From: Zootoca vivipara
Lineage: Eukaryota
Assembly (NCBI RefSeq): GCF_963506605.1
Contig: NC_083283.1
Span: 83,762,001 to 83,826,000 of the forward strand
Direction: 5' to 3'
Length of the DNA: 64,000 bases
The notes under the pieces are model-generated. The model ran no database searches. It saw only the letters and a list, made by a program, of their open reading frames with translations, and had not been told where the DNA came from. The position numbers were made by a program, and so were the translations under genes. Positions 62,726-64,000 of the stretch are shown one piece after another (positions within the stretch are counted from its first letter, which is position 1; every line of letters starts with the position of its first letter).

Positions 62726-63209
62726 TGACTGTGTTCAGTGCAGACAATACCGTGTTCCTTCATTTTGTCTGCTGTTTGAATGTCTGGCATGGATTACTGT
62801 TAGGGGAATAAGTTCATATATTTGTCGCACTTCATGCAAATTGGAAGTCATCAAGAGTCTGCAAGAGTTCGTTCTACCTTCATAGAGATTACATAATGTG
62901 GATTTTCCTCTTCGTTTTCAATGTTTTATAAAAGTTCTTCATTATATAAATTTCTTGACATAATGTGTTAAGTAATAGTTTCCCGGGGTGATGGTTCACA
63001 TACACACAAATTTATCCATTCATTTTCTTAATGATGTATTCTGATTAGTCAGTCTTTTGAAAGAGGGGGTGAAATCTTTCCAAGAAATGAGTTGCTTCTG
63101 ACAAGTGTTTATTTGTGGTTATTATTTCCTCTGATAATGGAGACTGCTCTCCAAAACCAGTTTACACTAACACTTACATTATATTACAAAAGCATTTAAA
63201 CCACTAGTT

Positions 63210-63392
63210 TAGTGTGATTGTTAGTATCTTAACTGTTAGAGTGGTCCAACTAGGACTTAGACGACCTGGGTTCAAATCTGTACTCAGTCATGAAGCTCTT
63301 ACTGTGTTTTTCTCTGAGGATCAAGAGTGTGAGAACATGTAAGCCACCCTGAGCATCTTGGAGGAAAATAAATATATAATCAATAAATAAAT
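63210..63392 (+). mobile_element. Old tRNA-derived SINE fragment
   Basis: B-box-like ggttcaaatc, followed by gtaagccaccctgagc and an A-rich tail. Confidence 0.4.
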
Positions 63393-64000
63393 ACACTTCG
63401 GGATAAAGCACAGAGTGTATGCTTATGTTCCAAAGTGGTCGCCCATGTTATGCCTTCAGTTTTCAGCACCTCTGCTGGTGTTGGAGAATGTAACATCACA
63501 GTAAATTTTGGGGGGTTTCATTATTTTTCATTATAAGATTTACATATAGTTCCCCTCCAATATAATTTTATGCACTCATAGTTCCATCATATACAAAGAA
63601 AATATCACTGATGAGATTTTCAGACATTACTTTCAGACAAAAAAACTACTCTTTTTATATTAGGTCTTTCAGTCACCATTGTGTATCACTTCATTTTCTT
63701 TTATTTAAGAAATTTATACCCCACTTTTCATCATATGTCTCAAAGCAACTATTAGACTACCTTCAAATTTCATCAGTTAAAGAAAGTGTAGAGCTATAAA
63801 TGCAGACCCTAAGCTTGCCTATGCTGCCGTTCTGTGACACACACCAACTGCCATGTATAAACACGCGAGCTGGTCCATTGACATGTAGAGTCTGTCTCAA
63901 GAGACAATGGAGTGAGATTCCAGAGGTGAAGTCAAACCACTGTGTTAGCAGCACCTAAGTGACCTTCCATGGTGCGCAACCCTGGGCAGTGTGTATAGAG

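Noticed and set aside
63465-63478. CCAGCAGAGGTGCT as an additional CTCF site
   Set aside because: The 3' half is out of register with the core (no GGC), and it is not at a CSE position.

Overview
Squamate (probably lacertid lizard) genomic DNA, judged from Sauria SINEs plus Bov-B, CR1, L2 and L1 repeats. The window holds part of the variable region of a clustered protocadherin-alpha (Pcdha) locus on the minus strand. Six intact ~2.4 kb variable exons (V1-V6 in coordinate order; V6 is most 5') each encode a signal peptide, six cadherin repeats, a TM helix and a variable cytoplasmic segment, and each ends at a phase-0 splice donor. No constant exons or C-type isoform are seen; they would lie left of base 1. 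Each exon has a CSE-like CTCF motif ~200-250 bp upstream of its ATG and, except V3, a same-orientation CTCF-like motif in the EC2 'FPLEGA' codons (degraded in V5 and V6). Most of these sites have lost their CpG. The exons show patchwork near-identity typical of gene conversion. The spacers are repeat-rich: nested hAT/mariner MITEs and a SINE inside a decayed L1, several solo LTRs, and one 144-nt assembly gap. One solo LTR (3853-4281) is mostly an open frame with an RPLPPTP SH3-ligand motif and a Tat-like RKKRRGRR motif. All calls are by eye; no searches were run.
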